Positions 1-11,229 of a DNA stretch of 64,000 nt are shown piece after piece; the first letter of the stretch is position 1; every line of letters starts with the position of its first letter. The stretch is from Azolla caroliniana. Its lineage: Eukaryota; Plantae; Polypodiophyta. A program made the position numbers and the translations under genes. The stretch is from contig JBHGNT010000005.1 of assembly GCA_043228905.1 (NCBI GenBank), forward strand, positions 5,890,001 through 5,954,000, read 5' to 3'. The notes beneath the pieces are model-generated. The model was given only the letters and a program-made list of their open reading frames with translations, was not told the origin of the DNA and did no database searches.

Positions 1-979
1 AAGAGTTTCTACAATGGATGTAACATCAAACTTATTGTGAGAGATTTGAACACGTGACCTTAATTATGTAACACAAAAATTGTTTAGATACCAACCCAAA
101 TAAAACCAAACAACATAATTGTTGTTATTGTAATTATAATCTTGCTCTATTTTTCTTGATATTATTATCTTTGGTGTATTTGTCACTCTCTCTTCTATAA
201 AATGGGCGCACACAAACATCTTACTTGATCAACTCCTCAACATTGAACTATATTCTCTAGTTCTTTACAAAAACTACACCCATGATGTTTCTATATATAT
301 AATGTAAATTTAAATTAAGTAGGCTACCAATCTATAAGTCTCCACCTCGCTAGTGCATATGTATATACATAGATTGACCCATGCGTAATATTCGTGGTAT
401 TCGACATCCGTAATATTCGCGATATTCGAGAATATAAAACAGCCCCAAGAATATTATAAAACCATTCGTTTACATATACATGTACACACATACATATATG
501 ATATATACATATACATACATACATACATATATGATATATACATATACACACATACATACACAGTATATAGTATTGTGGGCAATTTACGTGTTGTTGCAAC
601 ATATCATGACAACCTTCAAAACTTGCACTTGGACTTTTCCTATCGCATTCACTCCTAATTTATATGTTAATTTGAAATACATCAATGTATTTGGGAACTA
701 GAGATAATATATCACATTATGTTATGAAGATAATGCCTTTTGCATAATTAGATAATGTAGCAAATCATTTGTAGCATATGCCACTAGAGCCTTTTAAAGA
801 CCTCAATATAATATTTGATTTGATTTCACTCCCTCTCATGTATTCAAATCGTAGCAATGCCTTTCATTTGGGGGAAACATTGAGAGATTGTGATCCATTA
901 GTGGATTGGCTACCTCAACCTCAACATGGCGAATCTAGAACACCTCTCCATCTTGTCGTCACTAAAAATAGAATATTTT

Positions 980-1170
980 AAGGTTAAACATCCAAGCCCT
1001 TCTAGAGTGGTATCTCATTAATGGCTCGAGGCTAAATAGACTTAAGAGGGTGTAAGTAACCTTGAGCCATCAACAAGATACCACTCTAGAAGAGCTTGGA
1101 TTCTAACCTTGCACCAATGGTTACAAAGTCAAGGAATAGCCCTAAGTAGATAGTGTCTATGGGGTGTTGG
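980..1170. pseudogene. Degenerate plastid 23S rRNA fragment (NUPT, domain V, L1-stalk to P-loop region) plus an inverted partial copy
   Basis: 1064-1170 (GAGCCATCAACAAGATACCACTCTAGAAGAGCTTGGATTCTAACCTTG...AAGTAGATAGTGTCTATGGGGTG) aligns colinearly with recalled plastid 23S GAGCCATCAGTGAGATACCACTCTGGAAGGGCTAGAATTCTAACCTTG...AGGTAGACAGTTTCTATGGGGCG, differing mostly by transitions. 980-1030 is a reverse-complement copy of 1059-1110. Confidence 0.75.
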
Positions 1171-2417
1171 TGCAAGTCAAGGATGCCATTACATGCCTTC
1201 ATTGCCATTAGTGCAAGTCAAGGAATTGCATGTGTTCCTCCTAAAGGGCGATGAAGACATGTAATGGTATCCTTAGGTTGGATGGATGCAAACAACATGC
1301 CTAACATATGTAGGTAAGATGGAAAGCATCTCACATGGTGTTTCCGATAATGTGTGAGAAACACAACTTTGAGAGATGAACAATTGGAAACAATTGATAA
1401 TACCTCATAGGACGAGGAGAAAAGGGAGGTATTTGCAGAAAAGACTATCACTTCTAAAATTATTAGTTGTGAGGAATAGGAGGAAGAGGTCATGTACAAC
1501 TCTTTGTTCCATTTGTACAAGTGACCCCTCCACTCCACCGCATGGAGTAGGAAATGAACCCAAATATTCTTGAAAGATCCAAACCACAAGTAAGAAATTA
1601 ATGCAAGGTGTTTGAATCCTATGTGAATCAACCCCATCACATGGTAGTTATGAGGCAGTTCATGATGTTTGATGGATGAAACATATAAAGTTGACGCATA
1701 CTTTTTATGGTGGGAATGTTGCTTAATGAGTATCCAATGAAGAAAAGCTAGTGTTCTCTTTTTATCATGACGTGGATGAGTAAATGTTAGTAGTTAGATG
1801 TCTAGGAAGTTATCACAAGAATGATCGATGTGAAGCAAGGACTCTTGCTCTCCCCCACTCTCTTTAGATTACGCATTGAGAGGTAGCAAACTACATCACA
1901 TTTGGAGGCAACAAGGGAATCAACATATAATGTACCCCTTCCAAATTCCTTTTTTGTGTCGATGAGATAGTCTTGCTCTTTAAATCTCTATGGCCATGAT
2001 CTTCTATAATTTTGGTCTATGGTTCGAGAACCACTCAGTCCTTTGATCTATTTCTTATGAGATCCACGATAACAAGTGCCAATTGACACTTTCACCACGA
2101 TTCTAGGTATCAAAGCTTGACTCACTCAAGGAGATGCAACTATGGCCACTCTAGAAACCAAATTGTGGCTATTCTTTTATTACAGTGGTCAACCCCTTGC
2201 CTCATGTACTATGCATGCGACAACCCAAGTGGGCGGGCAGGGCAAGCCTTGCGGATCTAGATACAAGCATACCGTACGATCAATCTTCCATCCAATGTAA
2301 AGATTGGTCTTGCATGATGGGTGGAGTGATCGTTTCGGGCATCTAATAATGTTCATGAAATCGAGATCCAGAGCATTGGCACCTCAAGAGAATGAAATGT
2401 GAGGCTTGGGTATTTAT

Positions 2418-2515
2418 AGGAATAAGAGAAAACAGAGGAGAGAGGGGTATCTGCAGGAATAAGAGAAAACAGGGGAGGGAGGGGTATATGGGGAGATAGA
2501 TTAAGGAAAACTCAG

Positions 2516-2553
<38 letters not shown>
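2418..2553. promoter_or_regulatory. U2AF65 promoter region: ~37-bp direct duplication and (CT)n GAGA-type microsatellite
   Basis: AGGAATAAGAGAAAACAG..GAGGGGTAT occurs twice. (CT)n at 2518-2551 lies ~180 bp upstream of the ATG. Confidence 0.45.
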
Positions 2554-2555
<2 letters not shown>

Positions 2556-2728
2556 TATTTGTTACTGAAGCTACAACAGAAGTTCAGACAAAAACACAAG
2601 TTCACACAGAAAGGGGAAGCTGAAGCTGATACAGGAGAAGGAGAAGGAGAAGGAGAAGGAATACAGTGGCTCTTTGATCTCTGTGTCTGTGTCTGTGTAT
2701 CTGCGCATCTTTCAGAAAGGAAGCCGCC

Positions 2729-5700
2729 ATGGCCACCTTCGATGAATGGGAAAACAACGGCCTTCAGGACAAGGTACACTCCTCTCACCCGTTTATTTAT
2801 TTATTTCCTGCCCCCCTTCTGATCTATCTCTCTGTCTCTCTGTCTCTCTGTCTCTTTACCTGTGATTTTCTCGTCTTTCACCTCATTTTTTTCTTTGCTG
2901 GTCTGTGATTTCTCAGCGGTTGTCTTTTCCCCTGTTTTTATTCTACTTGCGAGACATAGTTTATTTTTCATGTAGAAAAGCTGTCAATTTTCAAGAAATG
3001 TAGAATTGAATGTTAAGGTTTTACTTTAATTTCCTCCTCCGCTGGCTGTTTTGTGATACATGTCCTAAATTGTTTCTCATAATAAAATCTCTTGAGCATG
3101 TAGAAGCCTAAGCTAGATTGTCAATATGTGTGGTTCAGCTGCTTCCTTTGTATATAGTTTTTATTGCATACTAATTGAGTGATGAATTTTGTCATCCAGA
3201 ATCATTGATCGACTTGAAAGAAAGGCTAGATCTTGTGATATGCTCCAATTTCCTCATTATTCTAACCTTTTTTGTACGCATCAGAAATAGATTTTACATT
3301 TCGAGGAAGTAGTTTGATTGTCTGTATATGTAGTCTAGACTCTCGAAAAGAATTGAAATGCTTCAATTCTTCCCTCTTTGCCCCCTTTTTTTTGTTGTGT
3401 AGGCTCAATTTGGGTTTTTATCATCAAGAAAAAATGTCAGTTGCCTAGGAATATAGGCTAGATTTCCTGCATATGCTTCAAATTTCTTTCCTTGTAATAC
3501 CAGATTTTGTTGCATTTTATTCTAAGCTGCCCTTTTACCATCTAGATTAGTTTTGTTTGAACTTGTGTTACAGGAAGTGGCTAGAGAGTCTGGCAGAGAC
3601 AGGGACGTATCAAGAGATAAAGAGAGGGACTATTATAAGGACAAGGAATCGTCGAAACGCCGAGAGCATAGAGATAAGGACCACCGAGATGGAGATCGAA
3701 AAGAGAGTGATTCTAGAAGTAGAAGTGAAAGGCGTAGCAGAGATCATGGTAGTGAAGGTCACCGGAGCCGGGACAGAGATCGGAAAAGCAGAGATAGAAG
3801 CCGAGACAGGAGCCGAGAGCGAGAGAGGTAATTTCTCAATATAATGGAATTGTGGATCCTTTCTGTATTGGGTTATGTCAAGTGACAAAAGATGAATATT
3901 TTATTTTATAGGAAACATCGTGATTATGACAGTGATAGAGATAGTCGGCATAGCCGGAGAACACATTCTAGGTCAAGGGGAATGTCAAGAGACCGTGCAA
4001 GATCACGGTCACGCTCTGGTTCTAGAGATGAGAAGAGGTAATTCTTTCCTTCACAACCAGGCCCTTAGACTTATCTTACCTTCCACATGTACGTTTGTGT
4101 AGATATAGATAATGAAGTCTAATAGATTCTTAAGGCCTGTTGAAGGTTTTGTTTGGTTCTTGCTAATGGTTATATGTTTATTGCACGGTTACAGCAAACG
4201 AACAAGTGGATTCGATATGGCTCCACCTGGTGTACCCGTTCTCCCAGGAATGGCATTACCAGGTATATTTCTCATATTAATTCATATTCTGTAACCTGTT
4301 TCATGAAACCTTATTATTTCGTTCACATAACTGGCACTGAGGAAATCCCTCTTTTTTGGTGTTTTCTGGTTTTGTTTTTGTTTGTTGTTTTTCTTTTTGT
4401 AAGTTCGGAAGGCAACCTTGAGTCACGTGGCCTTTTCTGCCTCTCCACTATATACAACAAGGAGAGGATTTGATTCATCTATGTCGAGCTGATCCTTGAT
4501 CATCTTTATTTTGGTAGTTATGCACATTCTTCTTCAAGTTTTCAGAATAAGCCCGCTTAGGCTAGACCTCCTTTGTCACATAAATTGCAGAAACAAGCAG
4601 ACCTTGGTCAGACAATATCCTATATCTTAAATCTCTCATACGGGAGTTCTAGCTTACTTCACATATGTAATTTAATGTCTTGGAAGGTTTTATTTATTAT
4701 CATTTTCATAGCTTTAACATCTTTAATAACAATGCAGGACAGTTACCTGGAATGCCACAAACATTGCCTACTGTTTTCCCAGGTTTCCCATTTGCAGGGA
4801 CTCAGGTAGAAGATGAAAGCAATAAAAACTTCATTATGCTTTTTGAATTGTGCTGATTTAATCATGTCATATTTTTGCTTTTGTATTCTGTCTATAGATT
4901 GCAGCCTTGTCAGCAATGCCAATGCAAGCTATGACACAGCAGGTTTCCTCCTAATTTCGTGTCATACATTAATGTTTGTGGTGATTAGAAATTTAGATTG
5001 GAGGATTATCTTTTTATTTGAACAGAGGAGGTGGTTAAAAATCCTATGATGATAGATAATCTCAGATCCTACAGCACTTCATGCAATACATGGGATGGTC
5101 TGCATATGTAATTAACTGCATTGCTAGACTTGCCAGTATCATCATATTTGTCTTTAAACCAAGAAACACTGGGCACTATTGGTCTTATGTGATTTATGTA
5201 TCTTTGTGAAACAATTTCTGGTGTCTGGTGTTACAGCAATGATGATTGGGTTTTGACGATGATAGCAATTATAATGTTACTGTTTCTGTTTCTCTATATC
5301 AACCTATGTTAAGTCTGCATCTTTAAAAATTCTCATCAATTTATACTCTTGTTCAAAATAGCAGGCAATGAAGCATGCTCGTCGGGTATATGTTGGTGGA
5401 TTACCACCACTAGCAAATGAGCAGGTATTTCCCATTTCTATCTAATGATCAATGGAGATCTTGTATTATACATCACACCTTAGCTCCTTGATTAGTAGGC
5501 GACAGTTTCTCATCCATGACTAAACTAAAATTTGTGAGCAAATGTTACTGTAATTTGAATTTTCTGCTTTTTAAATGGCACCGTACAATTTTTGCAGACT
5601 ATTGCAACATATTTCAGCCAAGTAATGCAAATTATTGGTGGGAACAGTGCACCAGGTACTCTGATTCAGACTAATTTTCTTTATGTGTGGACATTAATTG

Positions 5701-7780
5701 ACACATATTTGATACATAATGCGGTCTTTTGTAGGTGATGCTGTTGTGAATGTCTATATCAACCATGAAAAGAAATTTGCGTTTGTGGAAATGCGAACTG
5801 TTGAAGAAGCGAGTAATGCGATGGCATTGGATGGCATAATGTTTGAGGTGGATAGTTGGTTTTTGTCCCTTAGGATTTTTTGTACTTCCCATTGAATATG
5901 TATTTTGTTGTGGCATTATTTCCATTCTCAGGGCATGCCAGTAAGAGTTCGAAGGCCCAGTGATTATAATCCTTCTTTAGCTGCAACACTAGGTCCAAGT
6001 CAGCCTAATCCTCATTTGAATCTTGCTGCTGTGGGTCTTACACCAGGGTAAGGGAGTTTTGTAAACATCAACATTTTTGTTTCTTATTGCAGAAAGCCCT
6101 TCAAGATATGTTCTCTTAACTATCTATGCAGAATCACTGGCGGTGCTGATGGACCGGACAAAGTCTTTGTGGGTGGTCTTCCCTACTACCTAACAGAAGT
6201 TCAGATAAAAGAACTTTTAGAATCATTTGGGTATGCCTCCAAACTTTACATTTCTTATCTTAAATCAGAGTGACCACTATAAATGAGATATTTGTTTATA
6301 TAGTTTTTAAATATGTATGTTTTCACAGGCCTCTTCGTGGCTTTGACTTGGTGAAAGATCGGGAAACTGGGAACTCAAAGGGCTATGCGTTCTGTGTTTA
6401 TCAAGTAATGTCCTCCACGAGCTTTTGCTTACAATTGAGCGAGAATATTTGACTGTCATAGTAAAATCATTTCCGTAATTGCGCAGGATCCTGTTGTTAC
6501 AGATGTGGCATGTGCTGCATTGAATGGATTGAAAATGGGGGATAAGACATTAACAGTGAGGCGTGCAACTGCGGGGTAATATATATTTTTCATTATTTCT
6601 TGTCTTTATGAATGCTTATTTAAGTTTTGAACTTGTGGTTTAATGAACTCTTGAGTCACGCAGTGGGCAACCAAAATCAGATCAAGAAAATGTTCTTTTC
6701 CAAGCACAACAACAAATAGCAATGCAGGTTCTTGTTTCCCTCCTGAAAACAATATGAATGTTGAAGCTGAATATTTGAGCTATCTTCATTTGATTATTGA
6801 TGGGTTTTCTTTGTGAATTACAGAAACTTGCGTTGCAAGCTGGTGTTGCTTACAGTTTAATAACAGGAATCCCCACAGGAGTTAGTGGAAGTGGAGTTCC
6901 TCCCACAGAAACGCCAACGAAAGTCTTGTGCTTAACCCAAGTACTGTTTTTATAATATTAGGATCTTATTGTATACTGAAATAGCATATGTTGCTAAGCA
7001 TTCTGAAAATGTGTTATATGTTACAGTTAGTGTCTGTAGATGAACTAAGGGATGACACTGAGTTTGGAGACATCTATCAGGACATACATGACGAATGTAC
7101 TAAATACGGTAAGTCAAATCCAGTGCACTCTAATAACTACTTATTTGCGAAGTTCAATCAATGGATTATGTGACCAACTATGCTCATTTCTTATTTACTA
7201 TATGCATAGTCATTTTGATTGCTGGGCAAATGGATTATGGTCATTAAGAAAAATAAACAAGAATCCTTTTTCCTTAATCAATTAAGGATAATTATTGATA
7301 TTATGAGGTGCCAGGGACATCTAGAAAGTGCAAGGTAAATTTTTAGTTAAGGTCAAAGGATGTAGGGCCATTTTTGTAAATTGTTAGAGAGCCTAGAGGT
7401 ATACATTGGAAATTTTGTTAAGTTTTCATTCTGTGGTGAAAATCTACTAAGCCTACAGCCTTTGTAGGAAGCGTAGTGAATCTTGTGATACCTCGTCCAA
7501 GGACTACGGGAGAGGATGTTCCTGGGCTTGGAAAGGTGAGCAAGTCTAAGATTGGATATGTGTAGAGTTGTCGGTCAAAAACAAAAGAAAATTTGAAAGT
7601 TAAGAATGTGTACATAGTTCTTAATGATATTTCCATGGTTAGGCCTTTGTGGAGTACACAGATGTTCAAGGCTCCAGTAAAGCCAGGGCTGCTCTGAATG
7701 GGAGAAAATTTGCTGGTAACACTGTTCTTGCTGTATATTATCCAGAAGACAAATTCTCGAGAAGAGAATTGGATGGCTGA
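2729..7780 (+). CDS. U2AF65: Splicing factor U2AF large subunit (RS domain, RRM1, RRM2, UHM)
   Basis: 18 GT-AG exons with consistent phases: 2729-2773, 3574-3827, 3912-4037, 4195-4262, 4738-4805, 4898-4942, 5365-5424, 5598-5655, 5735-5847, 5932-6047, 6132-6230, 6329-6404, 6487-6575, 6664-6727, 6824-6940, 7027-7108, 7468-7535, 7643-7780. Motifs: RS-rich N-terminus, SKRTSGFDMAPP, HARRVYVGGLPP, EKKFAFVEMRTVEEASNAMALDG, RRPSDYNPSLAA, DRETGNSKGYAF, PTKVLCL, LNGRKFAGNTVLAVYYPEDKF. Confidence 0.96.
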
Positions 7781-8192
7781 TCTTTGCTCATGTTGTACTA
7801 TGTTTATATATCCAATAGCTTTTTCCTTAATGTCCAATTTTGAAATTTCACTTGAAATGTCACGTCAATGGTGAAATACAGTTACAAAGGGTAAAGAAAA
7901 CCCTTTTTGTTTGTTCTTTTTTGCTCGAAGTGGATCAACCCCATCAGATGGATTGATGGCCAGTTTGTTCTTGTCATTTAGTGGACTAACTGATTTCAGT
8001 AGACATTTGATAGCCAGTTGAAAATTTCTGATGACTCTAATTTGTCTTACAAATAGTTTTGATTTGCTACCAAAGTTTTGGTTGCTAGTCACAATTGAAA
8101 CTTTCTGTTTCTTGTAATTGTATTGTTTTAGTTTCTATGCGCAATTCAGAAAGTCGGCCATCGGCCATCTGCTGAAAACAGTTTTTGAGCTT

Positions 8193-8385
8193 TCATATTA
8201 TGATATTTATGCTAAGTTAATTCTACTTTAGATGCATATTATATATAAAACAAGCTTACTCTTTTCTTCATGAAGGGGTATTTTCATAGCAATGAGCATT
8301 CATATTATGATATTCATGATAAGTTATTTCTACGTTAGATGCATATTATATCAAACCAACTTAATCTTTTGTTCATGAAGGGGTT
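8193..8385. repeat. Local tandem duplication (~107-bp unit, 2 copies)
   Basis: CATATTATGATATT..TAAGTTA.TTCTAC.TTAGATGCATATTATAT...TTCATGAAGGGGT occurs twice. Confidence 0.75.
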
Positions 8386-8829
8386 ACAAGCTTAGTCAAA
8401 TCTTTGCCAAAAGACAAATTGTGATTTTTCACCTCAACCATCTATTTTCCATTGAAAGATTGACTGCTCTTTAGTATCATAAAGATCTTGCAATTACTAG
8501 AGGCATGCATTGCTCATATCAGTCAATCATCCACTTGTTTTTACCTGAATTGGAACATTTTGCTTAATGTATATTTGCTTTGTGAAAAGAAAGATAATAA
8601 TATCAATTTCTTCAATATGAACCAGAAGACTACCAATTATTACCAAGCAGTCATTGGTTGTGTAGTTGCTGGACTTTTAAATGGTAGAGCAAAAAGAAAA
8701 AGAAAAACCTAAAACTGTCCTTTAACTTTGAGCCATTATTTTTAGTTGCAATACTCAAGAATGAGCTTAAAGGTAATCAAAACCAATATCATTTGTTTTA
8801 TCAAGTGCTACATCTGACTCTATACTTAT

Positions 8830-9960
8830 CTAATGGGTGCTTGTGAAATGAAGGGCTGAATGTACAATGGATATGACTACAATAAATGTGATGTGTTTGT
8901 AGGGAGTTGCACAACAAAATCACTAATGAGGTTATTGGAGCATGCCACGAGTTTTATGATGTGGTTGGATGTATTGTGCACGATTACCTTAGTCATGAAT
9001 TGGATGCATATCTTTGAGAGGTTGACATGGACATGGTTTTACTGTCTTCGTAGTGATTGGAAGTTTGGTTTGGATGACTTGACAAATGAATTTTTCAAGT
9101 GATATTCCAATATTTTTAAGGCATCCCCAAGTTTGATGTTCTAATGTTTTTTTTTGGGATTCTACTTGTATGCCTCAAGCTTCTCCATTTGATCTCATCA
9201 ACATGGTCCAAAGATAGCACCATTCAAATAATTTCATCAATGAGGCCTTATTTCTTGATTGAGCGATTTATTTAAGGCATTTGCAAAGGTTTTAGCAAAT
9301 AGATTACAAAAGTATTTGCCAAAGATGATAAACGCAACATTATGGTTCCATTAAAGATAGGGATATATTGCATAATGAGCTTTATGTTCAAATGACCTTG
9401 GATTATGGCCAAGACTTATCAAGTATTCATTATGGTGCAATTGTTTTTAAGAAAGCTCATGATCATACCAATTAGTCCATTGTTTCAACTCTCAAGGTTA
9501 ATGCATACAATGGGATTTGGACCATATATGTCATGCCTTACGTATTTATTAGGGCTAGAACATTGTCGCATGAAATGCTTAATGGTGGAGTTACATCAAA
9601 GATTGGCCTTTGCTTCTCAAGATGATCTACTTAGCCCATTGTTGTTTGCAATAGTTCCTCATACCCTGTTGGTGATGTTATCAAGGCATGCGACTAATGA
9701 TGATATTCTAGGTCTACACCTTCCATTTGAGGACAATTGGTAGTGCTAGCTTATGTAGATGATACTTCCATGTTTGTCTAAGCCTCACTTGAGAATCTTG
9801 GGAAGGGGATGCATGTATGAAAACAATTATCCTTGGCATTTGGATTACGTATTAACTACAAGAACTCTCACCTCATTTGATATACTGAACGAAATTTGGA
9901 ATGTCTAGGATGGTAAGGATCGATAGTCGAAGAAGGCTTTATTTTTTGACAGTTTGTGGC
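8830..9960 (+). mobile_element. Degraded LINE (non-LTR) reverse transcriptase fragment
   Basis: Broken frames give KVLANRLQKYLPKMI, DILHN, KAHD, LSPLLFAIV and YVDDT (RT catalytic YxDD), with many stops and frameshifts. Confidence 0.85.
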
Positions 9961-10033
9961 CCCTCTGTTATGACTTGAACACTCACCCACTCCGTGATGG
10001 TGTGTGTAACAAACTATTTATAATTCATGGTTG

Positions 10034-10588
10034 TGTGTTAGGCTTTCTTCAACATGATCAACATATCTTTCTATGGTTAGGGTTTAGTGAGAGGCATTCT
10101 AGCAAATAGTGAGATTGGAGTTGGTTGCATCCAATGAAGAAAACTTGGGTGTGGCTAAGGTCTATTCTATCCAAGACGAACTCCATCTTAGAATATCCAC
10201 AATATTTGGGGTACTTCATGTGTTAGGCTTTCTTCAACATGATCAACATATCTTTCTATGGTTAGGGTTTAGTGAGAGGCATTCTAGCAAATAGTGAGAT
10301 TGGAGTTGGTTGCATCCAATGAAGAAAACTTGGGTGTGGCTAAGGTCTATTCTATCCAAGACGAACTCCATCTTAGAATATCCACAATATTTGGGGTACT
10401 TCATGTGTTAGGCTTTCTTCAACATGATCAACATATCTTTCTATGGTTAGGGTTTAGTGAGAGGCATTCTAGCAAATAGTGAGATTGGAGTTGGTTGCAT
10501 CCAATGAAGAAAACTTGGGTGTGGCTAAGGTCTATTCTATCCAAGACGAACTCCATCTTAGAATATCCACAGTCTTTGGGGGTACTTC
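10034..10588. repeat. Near-perfect tandem triplication of a 185-bp unit
   Basis: Units start at 10034, 10219 and 10404 and are identical except for the last ~15 nt of copy 3. Each contains a telo-box (TAGGGTTT). Confidence 0.95.
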
Positions 10589-10706
10589 TTATCTTACACG
10601 CTTTATGAAAGTTATCATCTTCACTTTTAACAATCTTATTGGATTACCTATTTTAAAAGGAATTTATCTTCACAGACGAACTGTGCCGAGAGTTGAAGGT
10701 TATGCA

Positions 10707-10792
10707 CACTTCTTCTATTCACATATATGTGTATGTGGGTTAGCATATATATATATATGTATGCTAAGAGGCATTCGCTGCCTTTGTATTAT

Positions 10793-10829
<37 letters not shown>

Positions 10830-11229
10830 ATACGCAGTCGTTCTCTGAGTCACACTTCTGTTCTGCAACTCAGTAGTTGCTGTGTGAGAACGTAATAGAA
10901 AAAAAGCTGAGTGTGTGTGAAGAAAAGGGAGAAGAACAAAAGGGAAGAAAGACTAGAACTGAGAAGCCCAAGGGGAGTTTCGAACGGGAAAGACACCTAC
11001 GCATTAGGGTTTGGGTATGCTCATCTGAAATCTTGGTATCAAAGAACATTCAGACCAGTACAGGTTCTTTCATTCAGTCGTTGTATTCTGTCTTTCTATC
11101 GTAGTGAAATTTCTGTTCCGTGGTTTTTCCACGGAAATCAGGGTTTTCCACGTAAATCTTGTTTTACTCTTTATTTCTGTTTGTGCCTGAGCTTATTTCG
11201 TAATCCTTGTCTGAGTGAAAATTTTAACA
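10707..11229 (+). mobile_element. Copia-type (Tnt1/Tork-like) LTR remnant or solo LTR
   Basis: U5-like signature TAGTGAAATTTC...CCGTGGTTTTTCC...AGGGTTTTCCACGTAAATCTTGT, terminal ...TTTTAACA at 11229, and an ATGCA direct repeat at 10702-10706 and 11229-11233. No intact 5' TG end is recognisable. Confidence 0.6.

Noticed and set aside
324-701. Short ORFs rich in Y/T/H/I or M/C/V/Y, also near 33835 and 61298
   Set aside because: Translation of (TA)/(TACA)n microsatellites.
3179-5300. Intronic C/D snoRNA candidates (RTGATGA boxes at ~3179, 5046 and 5238)
   Set aside because: No properly spaced CTGA D box, terminal stem or recognisable rRNA guide.
9966-10011. 46-bp TGTTA...TAACA mini-element
   Set aside because: No target-site duplication (CCCTC / AACTA) and too short to support a call.
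10034-10588. CRISPR-like array
   Set aside because: Units are 185-bp full-length duplicates with no unique spacers, in a eukaryotic context without cas genes.
10911-11228. First 106 aa of the 356-aa ORF as genuine FCF2 sequence
   Set aside because: It starts at a non-ATG codon and lies within the LTR-like block, so it is not assumed to be translated.
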